Shown one piece after another: positions 1 through 9,761 of a stretch of 35,456 nucleotides of DNA. A program made the translations under genes and the position numbers. The notes under the pieces are model-generated. The model made no database searches. It had not been told where the DNA came from and saw only the letters and a list, made by a program, of their open reading frames with translations. Within the stretch, counting starts at the first letter, position 1. Every line of letters starts with the position of its first letter. The DNA is from Squatina squatina (taxonomy: Eukaryota). The stretch covers positions 4,431,059-4,466,514 of the forward strand of contig JARFOE010000016.1 of assembly GCA_031763465.1 (NCBI GenBank), read 5' to 3'.

Positions 1-340
1 GATATCACATGGAATGAATTGAATTGGCTGGATAATGGCTTCTGTGATGGTGGGGACCTCAGGAGGAAATCGATATGGATCATCCACTTGGCACTCCTGG
101 CTGAAGATGGTTTCAAACGCTTCAGCCTTGTCTTTTGCACTCACATGCTGGACTCCACCATCATTGAGGATGGGGATATTCATGGAGCCTTCTCCTGTTA
201 GTTGTTTAATTGTCCACCACCATTCACAACTGGATGTGGCAGGACTGCAGATCTTAGATCTGATCCGTTGACTGTGGGATCGCTTGGCCCTGTCTATAGC
301 ATGATGCTTCCGCTTTTTAGCATGGATGTAATCCTGTGTA
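1..340 (-). mobile_element. Non-LTR retrotransposon (CR1/L2-group LINE) ORF2 fragment
   Basis: Reverse strand reads GSMNIPILNDGGVQHVSAKDKAEAFETIFSQECQVDDP, the 'IP.L....KAE.F...F' linker between endonuclease and RT. Runs off the window start. Confidence 0.7.
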
Positions 341-569
341 GCTTTATTCTTCTGTGGCACAGCTAGGGTGTGAGAGGGGTCAGCTTCAATTGGCCAAATG
401 GCCTTTTCTCACCTTATCTTTTTTCATGTCCTTAGTGTGATAATCAAGGATAGTTATTTGAAATGTCCTGAAGCAGTGGCCCCTTAACAATATTGAAAAC
501 ATGAAATCAGCCAAGGCCCAAATAAATTCCATTGTGCTACATATGTACAGAACTCTATAGAATATTAAT

Positions 570-950
570 TCAGTGAGCAGCTGAACTCTAAAACCAAGAA
601 GCTCCTATGTTTAATCCCGGCCATTTTCTGACCTAGCCAATCACAATTGGAGTGGCGGTAGGGGACTACAGATGGCATGGTTTACAGAGAGGGGAAAAGA
701 ATATCAGCTACAGCTGTCACTCCTGGTTACTATCCAGTGATCCTTGCTGAGTGCACGTGTGTAGATGTTTGGCAAGGAGCGAATCGGGCTCAGCTGTAAT
801 GTCCCTGTCATCGAATGGGCTGCTGACACTGTGAAAGCTCACTCATGAATGGTCTTGCCCAAGGGTGAAGCATCAAAGTGTGCCAGTACCCAGCAAGAGT
901 TGACACCTTCAGGGGAGGAGGGGAAATTGACAAAAGAAGGAAGAAAATAA
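570..950 (+). repeat. Old SINE-like interspersed repeat
   Basis: Degenerate tRNA-like head (B-box-like gtttaatccc) and a purine-rich 3' end. A diverged second copy of the 3' part appears at about 4650-4810. Boundaries approximate. Confidence 0.4.
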
Positions 951-958
951 ATTTGCAC

Positions 959-1162
959 CCATCCGAATTTTTGTTGATTTTCATATGGACCACTGCCCAT
1001 TTCCTCAGAAGCCTTCTCGAATTGTATTTCTCGCAGTTTGGTCCAAGTCTCCGGCATTTCTGTGTCTATTACATAAACCAGACTACTTTTTCTTCGAGGT
1101 AGTGCGTCACTCGGACTGAATGTTTCGTGAAGACTTTCTAAATCAGTTTCCACAGGATATTT
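959..1162 (-). CDS. Candidate unannotated 204-nt in-frame exon downstream of ACTR8 exon 4
   Basis: Strong acceptor (gctaat + ctgcctctctcttcttt + aaaacacag), one open frame in phase 0 (KYPVETDLES...QQKFGW), weak GTGCAA donor. No homolog recognised. Confidence 0.3.
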
Positions 1163-1481
1163 CTGTGTTTTAAAGAAGAGAGAGGCAGATTAGCTGCAGT
1201 AATATTTTTCTGAAATTTCCACAAGATACAGATTCTCTCAGACCAGTAAAACTGCAACAGATGAAACCAGATGTCAAACATGTCACTAAAACACTAAACA
1301 CTAAAAGCAGAGCAAAATGCCCAGGCCACAAATGACCTCTATTCTGCAATAATGCAAAAAGAAGTCTGCACCTCTTGGGATGTTTCAGGTTTGAAGTCTG
1401 TACCAGATCATTACTGGCCATACTACTCCAGTTACTGTTGATGTTGACCTAAGATGGTAGTCTGAAAGGTCCTGATCATTA

Positions 1482-1690
1482 CAGCACAGTAGCCTAGTGG
1501 TTGTGGTACTGGACTAGGAATTCTGAGGCCATGATCTCAAATTCCATCATGGTAAATTGTGAAATTGAAATTGATCAATTGGTGGCCAACCCTAGATAAA
1601 TAACTGTGTACCATGTTGGATCGTGAACCTTGTCTAGCCTAAATGTGATTCCAGTCATATTTAATGATTGACTTAATTCCCACAGTGAAG
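1482..1690 (+). repeat. tRNA-derived SINE, 5' part
   Basis: A-box-like tagcctagtggtt, then ctggactag and a decayed B-box (tctcaaattcc), followed by gtgaaattgaaatt. Confidence 0.55.
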
Positions 1691-2068
1691 AAAATCACAC
1701 CCTTTCTTATTTGTAAAGTTAAACAAAGTACCTTCGAGCAAGTATAAAACAGTTTCTCAAGATTGGTTGGTTAAAATAAATTGAAAGTGTTCATACAAAC
1801 ATTTCCAACTGCAGAAGAAAAAAAAGTGATAACCAGCAGGATTATGAAGTTTGTATATTTGGTGCCATAAGAGGCTATGAAGAGACAAATGTAACAAGAT
1901 CACAAATCGCATCCTAGTACACGCACAAAAGGTCTAGAGAAAATGCGTTAGGCTGTCAATGGATAAACCCAGAGTTGTCTTGTTGACTCAAAGGATGCAA
2001 AGCAAGTTAGCCCTGCATTTGAACGTTTAAGTACAATAAACTAAGAACAGAAAAGAACATTGGCGAAT

Positions 2069-2457
2069 GACTTGCATTTATTAAGTGCCGTTCATGATCT
2101 TAGGACGCCCCAGAGCACTTTACAATGCACACAGCATGGTCCCACAAACAGCAATGCGATAATAAACCAGATAATCTGTTTTAGTGCTATTAGCGGATGG
2201 ATAAATATTGGCCAGGAAACCAGGGAGAACTCCTTTGCTCTTCTTCGAATAGCACCATGGAATATTTTACATCTACCTGTGAAGGCAGATGGGGCCTTGG
2301 TTCATCACACAAAAGATAGCACCCCCAACACTGCAGTGCACCCTCAGTAGTGCACTTAAGAATGAGCCTAGATTATGTGCTCAAATCTCTGGAATGGGAT
2401 TTGAACTCAAAACATTCTGACTCAGAGGTGAGAGTGCTACCACTGACCTAACGCTGA
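2069..2457 (-). mobile_element. Deu-domain tRNA-derived SINE (SacSINE1/AmnSINE1-like), near full length
   Basis: The reverse complement has a tRNA head (tcagtggtagcactctc...gagttcaaatccc), the Deu core (cctggccaatatttatcc) and the taaatgcaagtc tail. Matches the plus-strand copy at 33173-33522. Confidence 0.8.
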
Positions 2458-2464
2458 AACTTGT

Positions 2465-2567
2465 AATAATTACAATTTATGTAGGGCCTTTCAAGTTTTA
2501 GGATGTCACAACGCACTTCATAACCAATGGGTTACTTTTTGAAGTGTAATAACTGTTATTTTGTAGT
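2465..2567 (-). repeat. 3' tail fragment of the same Deu-SINE family
   Basis: atttat..gcctttca..ggatgtc..cacttc..ccaatg..actttttgaagtgta is the reverse complement of the tail at about 33420-33510. Confidence 0.6.
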
Positions 2568-2902
2568 TACACTGCTCAAGAGCCATGGGCTCCAAGTGAT
2601 GCATAAAGTTTCACTGCTGGCATAATGTCAGAGAGCTTTTATTTGACACAGCATTGATGTCCAGCTCTTTCATTCCCAGTATAAAAAGGGCTTGACCTTA
2701 AATAGCAACAGCGTGGTTCACTTCCCCTTCTGACTTTGTATACGGTTGATAACCAGGCACATCTGAGATTATAGGACGTTAGGCACCACGGCTTACTCAC
2801 GTGTACAGTAATCCATATCATCAATGGTAAAATGTTTATTTATATAGGACATACACACATAGCACAACACATGGTTTACTATCAAGTAAAAAAAAGTTTT
2901 AC

Positions 2903-3007
2903 CTCTTCTCCTACAAGAAACTCAGGTTGATGTGAGGTGTTTGTCCATTTAACCCCAGAATTGGTGTCCAAGACTGCCGGTCTCATCTGCTTGTTGTATG
3001 CCCTCAC
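2903..3007 (-). CDS. ACTR8: Actin-related protein 8 (INO80 subunit), coding exon 4
   Basis: 105 nt, ttttcag|...|gtaaaa, phase 0/0. Translates VRAYNKQMRPAVLDTNSGVKWTNTSHQPEFLVGEE, versus recalled human ARSYNKQMRPAILDHCSGNKWTNTSHHPEYLVGEE. Confidence 0.96.
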
Positions 3008-3385
3008 CTGAAAAGTACATAAAATGTTATAATGTGCCATCCACTACTCAGAAGGTTCTCAAATTCATACCACATGCGCTGGGGAAATACTTGCCTTGAC
3101 ACCTGCTGTAGTTTTTTTTTTTAACCATATTGGGTTCCAAGTCTGTTTTCAGCGCACAAAAATTTACAATCAGTAATTGTAACAGTACAGTACAGAAAAT
3201 GTCAAACTAGAAGAGAGTTTAACAATAATGTGATCTTCACAATTGCCGATCATACTTTATTGTATCAAGGTAATATTTCAATAAGGGATGCAGATATTAA
3301 CCAATGGTTATTTTTGAAGAGATGTCCATCTTTCCCCATGTTCAAAATCAGTGCTGTAATGTAATCTTACTCCAGCAAACTGTAC

Positions 3386-3496
3386 CTGATCTGGTGGAGC
3401 TGGTATTCGCCTTGCACCATTTGACATCTTTTTGGACCATATGGCCTGATCCACCATTTTAAGACCATTTTGTCTTTGCTCATTACTTTCTGGTTT
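3386..3496 (-). CDS. ACTR8: Actin-related protein 8, coding exon 3
   Basis: 111 nt, tttttaaag|...|gtacag, phase 0/0. Translates KPESNEQRQNGLKMVDQAIWSKKMSNGARRIPAPPDQ, almost identical to the recalled human sequence. Splices in frame to 3007. Confidence 0.97.
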
Positions 3497-3986
3497 CTTT
3501 AAAAAAAAAAATACAATTTATTTGTGAATTTTCAATTTTAGATTATCTTCACATTAGATAAAAAAAACACATTTCTCTCAGCAGCTTCCTTAATAAAAGA
3601 CTGTTGCATAATGTGACAGAAATACAACTGAATGGTTGAGCCAGGTCATATCTACGATAAGTAAAAGAAAGATTGCTCAGTCTCACCACCTCCCAATATC
3701 ACAATAGTTATTAGTTAACCAAATACTATTTATATTTCTATAACTGCTGACTCAAATACAGCTATATTTTGTGATGTTTTATTATTGTTTGGCAGACATT
3801 GATTTTATCCTCCTGCAATAAAAAAAGAGAAAAAACAGGAGATATTTTGTGGAATCATTCATTAAAACTGTAACATACACAAGGGAGTAAAGCACGAGGT
3901 ATGGACTGTTTGGTTTACTGATATTGGACGAGTGTGGATGATTGCAATTGCTGTGAATGCAGCACATTCAAGGAGAGGAAAATTAT

Positions 3987-4164
3987 ACAATCATAGACGC
4001 TTATGGCACAGTAGGAGGCCATTCGGCCCATCATGTCCGTGCTGACTGACAAAGAGCTATCCAGCCTAATCCCACTTTCCAGCTCTTGGTTCGTAGCCTT
4101 GTAGATTACAGCACTTTAAGTGCATATCCAAGTACTTTCTAAATGCTATGAGGGTTTCTGACTT
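3987..4164 (-). mobile_element. CR1 LINE 3' end
   Basis: aatcataga...ggcacagtaggaggccattcggccc is the reverse complement of the CR1 3' stem-loop and ATTCTATG-type tail. Ends in a gap. Confidence 0.8.
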
Positions 4165-4264
4165 NNNNNNNNNNNNNNNNNNNNNNNNNNNNNNNNNNNN
4201 NNNNNNNNNNNNNNNNNNNNNNNNNNNNNNNNNNNNNNNNNNNNNNNNNNNNNNNNNNNNNNNN

Positions 4265-4497
4265 CTCTGCTATTACATCTTTTATAATGGACTCTAGCAT
4301 TTTCCCCACTACCGATGTCAGGCTAACTGGTCTATAGTTCCTTGTGTTTTCTCACTCCTTTTTTAAAAAAAATAGTGGGGTTACATTAGCTACCCTCCAA
4401 TCCATTGGAACTGTTCGAGTCTATAAAATTTTGGAAGATGACCAGCAATGCATCTATTTCTAGGGCCACTTCCTTAAGTACTCTGGGATGTAGATTA
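4265..4497 (-). mobile_element. CR1 LINE ORF2 internal fragment
   Basis: The reverse strand encodes the CR1 motifs HPRVLKEVALEI..., ANVTPLFFKK..., GNYRPVSLTSVVGKMLESIIKDVIA, with frameshifts. Confidence 0.8.
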
Positions 4498-4899
4498 ATT
4501 GGAGCTTAAAATAAATCCTAAAAGCCCGAGGCTCCTTGTTCTATGCATCAAGGCATTACGTTTAAAATAAAATGTTATATACAGTAAGGAGAGACAACAG
4601 TCAAACCCTCCTCCTTAAAACCCCTTGTACTACATGGTTACCTCAAATGACAGGTTGGATTGAGCTGTGAGGACCCTCACCACTGAATGGTTGACACCAA
4701 CAAATGGTCACTTGACAGATACCAAAGGCACCAACACCCACAGAACGTACCCCTGTATAAACTGCCATTTTCAGCAGAGCAGGAGTAAGGAGAGAAAATT
4801 GGAGGAAAAGATCTGAAGGAAAAGCTTCAAAAGAACAATGAAAAAGGTATTTTACTGAAAGAAAGAAATATCATCTGCTTGCTTTTAACATAGAATTAC

Positions 4900-4986
4900 C
4901 CTCTTCCATCGTCAGGTCTACCCCAGGATGACTGACTTCCAGTTCTTTTATATTCAGCTCCAGCTGGATTGAACAATGTCCGAAAG
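4900..4986 (-). CDS. SELENOK: Selenoprotein K, coding exon 3
   Basis: 87 nt, catttag|...|gtaatt, phase 2/2. Reads (F)FRTLFNPAGAEYKRTGSQSSWGRPDDGRG, with the conserved FF.TL start and DDGRG end. Confidence 0.92.
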
Positions 4987-5102
4987 CTAAATGTGGAACA
5001 CAACAGTTTATTATTCATCAGAATCAATAGTGCTTTCATATACTGCTTTAATCAGGAGATATTATGTATATTTAAGAAAGATAAATGCAAGTTGAAACTT
5101 AC

Positions 5103-5193
5103 AAAAAAGAAAAAAACTCCACTATTCCCCAGAAAAACTGAATAATTGATGACAAACTCCATGGAGTCTGACTCCTGCTATCCACAACTTGAC
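5103..5193 (-). CDS. SELENOK: Selenoprotein K, coding exon 2 (transmembrane segment)
   Basis: 91 nt, tttttgcag|...|gtaagt, phase 1/2. Reads (G)QVVDSRSQTPWSLSSIIQFFWGIVEFFSF(F), versus recalled human GQVLDSRSQSPWRLSLITDFFWGIAEFVVLF. Confidence 0.95.
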
Positions 5194-6259
5194 CTGCAAA
5201 AACAAATTACAGGAAAGTGNNNNNNNNNNNNNNNNNNNNNNNNNNNNNNNNNNNNNNNNNNNNNNNNNNNNNNNNNNNNNNNNNNNNNNNNNNNNNNNNN
5301 NNNNNNNNNNNNNNNNNNNACCTACACTTGCAGGATCAGTTATTGTTACTAATTTATATGTCAAAAATGTATTTTCAATCAAAATATAAAATTGGCTAAT
5401 GTGGTATTTTTACTGCTGTGTCTAAGTGCAATCTATGAGAAGTAACTGTTTCAAAATAACATTAGCCACTTACAGGGGTTAGGCCTTCTAGTATTTATTC
5501 ATTCATAGGCTATAATTGTTTTCCTCTGTATAATAATTTTGCATAGCAGACCATAGCACAGTGAAATGGAGTTGCAGCTATACAACAATCGCTGGTGGCA
5601 TTATAATATAAATAAGGTAGTTTCTTGACTGCATCAGCAAGCATTTTTCTTTGTAATCTAATAACTCAAAAAGACAGATTATAAAGGGCACTGAACTAAG
5701 AAAGAGAAAAGGCAAAGCCTAGACATTTGAAAAGCGCCAAATTGGTCTTAGCAAAATGATTCTCTAAAATGAAAGTAAGAAAAATGGATATTATATTTAT
5801 CGTTTACAGCTATCTATTGGAAAATAAATAGGAATGTGGGGTGAAATGCAGGCATCAATGATGAAGCACAGTAACTTGATTTTCTGACTGAATTAGAAGA
5901 TAAGAATGGAAGTGTGTTGAAGTAGCAGATGTGTTCAATGCCCTCAAGGCAAATAAACATCAGTGATACAACAACAACAGAGATTCAGGACCTGCAAGCT
6001 GTGATGTCTATTGGAGTGTGTCAGTTCTTTTTCCTTTTTAGTTGACATTACTTCGAAAGTGTGTATTTGTAGTTTTGTCTTGAGGGAGGGCATAATTACA
6101 CGAGTTGATTATAGTTTTAGTAGTAAACTAATTGTTTCACTGTTACTTACTTCATTTGTTGATGACTTGTTTTATGGTATAAGATGTGTATTTTTTGTTC
6201 CATCTGTGATTAAGCAAAATGAAATAGAATGGACCAAAGCAAGCGGCAAAGGAAGACAA

Positions 6260-6430
6260 AATTATTTGGCAAAACCCTTCAGGCTCTTATGGGTGGTATG
6301 CAAAAGCACCAAATTAGCTTCTAGGGGACCAAAGAGCATGCTAACAACAAAGGGTATGCCAGGTCTAGAAGAAGATAGCAGAGAAGGTCAGCACCATGTC
6401 TGATACTTACAGCATTTGAAAGGTGGAGCT
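6260..6430 (+). pseudogene. Decayed Myb/SANT-like gene fragment of a PIF/Harbinger transposon
   Basis: Reads TLQALMGGM... and then, in another frame, VCQV*KKIAEKVSTMSDTYSI*. This resembles 'LE.LV..V...W..IA.KVS..S...RTW' with both Trp codons turned to stops (TAG, TGA). Confidence 0.5.
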
Positions 6431-6530
6431 NNNNNNNNNNNNNNNNNNNNNNNNNNNNNNNNNNNNNNNNNNNNNNNNNNNNNNNNNNNNNNNNNNNNNN
6501 NNNNNNNNNNNNNNNNNNNNNNNNNNNNNN

Positions 6531-6990
6531 TCAGCATCCCAATGACCTGATGCCTAAGATCCTGGTAGTTGACTGTGTCTCATTGTATTGTTGTTCAGCT
6601 CTAGTCCCTAGGTTTTTCAAAGAGGTCATAAGTCAGAATTCTTGTGGGCAGTCTTGGTCCTCTACCAGTTATCCAAGGTGAAAGTAATGAAATCTCAGGC
6701 TCAGATCATATGTATGTGTCACCTGCATGGTGCAGCTCTGCGTTGCGGATTGTGATATTGTCACATATCTCCTGCTGTTGCATGGAATGAGCCAGCAACA
6801 TAAAATACACGGCAGCACTGACCTAGACAGCTACTGGCAATCCCTGTCCTTGAAGTGGCTTCAAGTTCTAGCTGCAAGAGAGTGCCCAGTTTTGCCACAG
6901 TCTTTCTGTTAAATTATATTATTTATGCAGATACCCTTCCACACATGGAGGTACAAATGTCTTGGCTTGTATACATGGTTGGCGCCAAGA
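6531..6990 (-). pseudogene. Decayed HARBI1-like Harbinger transposase with internal deletion
   Basis: Reverse strand, several frameshifts: HVYKPRHLYLH..., RKTVAKLGTLLQLELEATSRTG/LPVAV*VSAAVYF/YVAGSFHATAGDM, then G*LVEDQDCPQEF*LMTSLKNLGTRAEQQYNETQSTTR...VIGML. The last part compares with GWLLGD.GYP...WLMTPLRNP.T.AE..YN..H..TR..IE..IG.LK. Confidence 0.75.
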
Positions 6991-9001
6991 GGGTGTCACA
7001 TTCTTGAGCACCTAAGGTGTGAATCCACCTGCCTTGCATGCCTCCATTGATGATCCTCTTCTCCCTTTAAAATCTGCAGAAAGAGTTCGATACCCATAGG
7101 CGCGATATGAGCTCTGTGCAATTGCAGTTACCTTGGCAAATCACCTCAGACGCGAGAGCTGATTCTTTAGGAAGATGTGTAGAGCTTCAATATTGAACTA
7201 AGAAAATAAACTGCAAGTTACAATAACAAAGAACACTCCCTTTAAAAAAAGAGAACCCACCATGGCTGACTTCATGGGTGCTGACTGACTGCAGATCTGC
7301 TCAGGCACTGAGAATATACAGTGGGTGCCATTGGGATATTAGCATAATTTTCAGAGCCTCTAACACGACAAATATGTAGGCTCTCAGTGGTATAGGGCTT
7401 TACGACTTTGTTATAAAGAGCAGTGCATACTGAACAGACTTCAGGCCTCAGTGTGGAATAATGTGATGGTCGGCTTCTTCTGTTACCTCCCTATCACCTT
7501 TATGTGGTGCTTTATTAAAGCTTTGAAAGGAAATGTATGGAAATACATCATATTCCGTTGGAGTAGTACTTAATGGGGATTGGATAAATGTGCAATTACT
7601 TAAAACTGTATAAACAGGTTAAAATGGTTTTGTAGTCAAGAATAGCATTAATGGAGATTTTCCCCCCTATTATTTAAATTTGATAGCCTAAAGCAATGTC
7701 TTCAGTTTTCAAATTTCTGCTTGAAACACAATGCTGAACTCTTTCTAATGTTTAGCAGCTGGCAATAAAACCCTAGGTTATGAATTTTATATTTACTTTT
7801 GTTTTTCTTTTATCTGGTGCATCAATGCTTGTTGCCCGAAAAACTTCTCAGAGTAACCTAGATGCATTAAGATAACTTCAGCTCCTCTTGCCAAGCGGAA
7901 AAGTATATTTCCATAAATAAAGCATCAATACCATTGCTTGTGGAGGATGTGCGTCATATCTGCTATTGAGTTTCAACAGTAAAACCCTAATGTCATTGCA
8001 TGTTTGAAAATCCTGGTTGGTAGACTGTGAAACATTGAAAAGGGTATTTGAATCTGGTAATGTGCCTTGCAAGATACTTTCTCAGGTTTCCAGACAAAGC
8101 TATATGCAATGAAACAATTGACAATACATTAACATTGATTGCCTATATCCTACTAGATTTGTAAACATGAATGAGAAAGAACTCCCTCTTTACAAAAATG
8201 TATTGAAAAGTTATCAGGTATTTTGCTGCCAAACAGTTTCATGCGTATTTTTAAATGGTGAAAGCTAGCTTTAAAACTTAGTAAAACATGATGTTAATAC
8301 TGAGGGGCTGAAATTCCCCTGNNNNNNNNNNNNNNNNNNNNNNNNNNNNNNNNNNNNNNNNNNNNNNNNNNNNNNNNNNNNNNNNNNNNNNNNNNNNNNN
8401 NNNNNNNNNNNNNNNNNNNNNGGTATAACACACCTCCTAATAACATAACCCCATTTATAACCTTTATGTTTATGACTTCTGTTGTTCATGACTTCTCATG
8501 TTGTACTTGCAAATTGTACTTGTAATGTAGTTGGCAAATCTCAGCCTTTAGTCTGTGACATATTGCTCAGTTGTTTAAACTGCTTCCAAGTAAGTGTTGA
8601 TCAGCAGATTGCTGAACATTCAATAATAGCTTCACCAGCACATTGAAGAGAAAAGGCTAAGTCGGAGGAGGTTTGCCAAACACAGCTCAAGCACTGTCAT
8701 CAAGTACAATAAGAACCAATCATGACCACTGGAAGTCATAAATGGGATTGTGTTATTGGGAGTCATATTATATCAATGTTTCATCGAACTAATAATTAAT
8801 AACTCATGTAGTTCCTAATATATTTAATATGTTAAGACCTGTGTGTAAATGTTACTGATATTTGTGTCTTACTGCCCTGAAACATATTTCTCCTTAATAA
8901 AAGCACCAGATAAAGAGCTTGTTCTTGTTGCTGAACATTTTCTTTAAAATAATTTTTTTTCTTAAGCTGTAGTAGCTAAAAATAGAATTACATACTAATA
9001 C

Positions 9002-9138
9002 AAGAGCAAAATGCTGCAAATGCTGGAATCGGAAATAAAAACAGAGAATGCTGGAAATACTCAGCAGGTCAGGTAGCATCTGTGGAGAGAGAAACAGAGT
9101 TAGCGTTTCAGGCCGATGACCCTTCATCAGAACTGGGA
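9002..9138 (-). mobile_element. Penelope-like-element-derived short repeat
   Basis: The reverse strand reads hammerhead core, then tctctctccacagatgctacctgacctgctgagtatttccagcatt..., an abundant elasmobranch repeat as recalled. Confidence 0.65.
9098..9135 (-). ncRNA. Minimal type I hammerhead ribozyme motif (probably inactivated)
   Basis: Reverse strand: cAGTT CTGATGA AGG gtcatcgg CCT GAAA C GCT AACT. Stem I is AGTT/AACT, stem II is AGG/CCT, and both core boxes are intact. The cleavage triplet is GCT, not NUH. Confidence 0.7.
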
Positions 9139-9761
9139 GTGCCAGTGAAAGAAAATCTGAAGGATAAAAAGGATAAAGGAACAGAGAAGCAGAAGAAAAT
9201 GGTGGAAAAATGGAAATAACTGAATATGGAATGGCAGTACCATTAAAAACTACGATGGAATCTTGCCAGTATAAATGACTCTTAATATGGAATATCCCAT
9301 TGCATATTCATGGTTAGTCAACTAAAGGTTTGCTGAACACTTTCTACTGAAGATGATACCCCTTTAAGGAAGCGGTGTCAGCTCAGCGAGGAGCTGCCGG
9401 TTGGACTCAGAACTTGTTCTGCTGTACCACAAGGGCTGGTGCAGAGGAAGCTCTGCACAGTCTGTACAAATACGAATTTATTTGAACAAGCTTCTATTCT
9501 TTAAAAATTGCTTCCCACTGGCTTAAGCGATGATGTAATTGCAACCCCAGTTGTGTTGTCACATCCTTCTGGTGTTCATTCGCTGGGTTGAATTGTCTCA
9601 TCGCTGCATTCTCTTTAAATAGACACTTTTGGTAATTATAAGCTGTCCACATTCTTCTGCATTCACAATCGTGGTGCAATTGTCTGATGTTTCCCAATAT
9701 TGTGAGCACAAGCTTGGCTGCAAACAGCAGTGAGCGAGCGTGAAATCCATTCACCTGTTAG

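Noticed and set aside
839-1153. 104-aa ORF as a stand-alone gene
   Set aside because: It has a GTG start, and its last third runs into an antisense SINE. Only 959-1162 is kept, as a candidate exon.
1372-1461. Possible 90-nt minus-strand exon (tttcag|...|gtgcag) in the ACTR8 intron
   Set aside because: In-frame TAA in phase 0, short pyrimidine tract and weak donor. It could be a poison exon, but nothing here supports that.
2770-2795. CCTAAC on the minus strand, suggesting a telomerase RNA template
   Set aside because: Not the full CTAACCCT template, and no pseudoknot or CR4/5 features.
3890-3951. Acceptor followed by QLQSS..., resembling ACTR8 exon 2 (QIQSNF...)
   Set aside because: Stops after 11 codons and lacks IVIHPGS.
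6011-6403. 130-aa ORF
   Set aside because: Non-ATG start and a low-complexity T-rich first half. The tail overlaps the decayed Harbinger Myb remnant out of frame.
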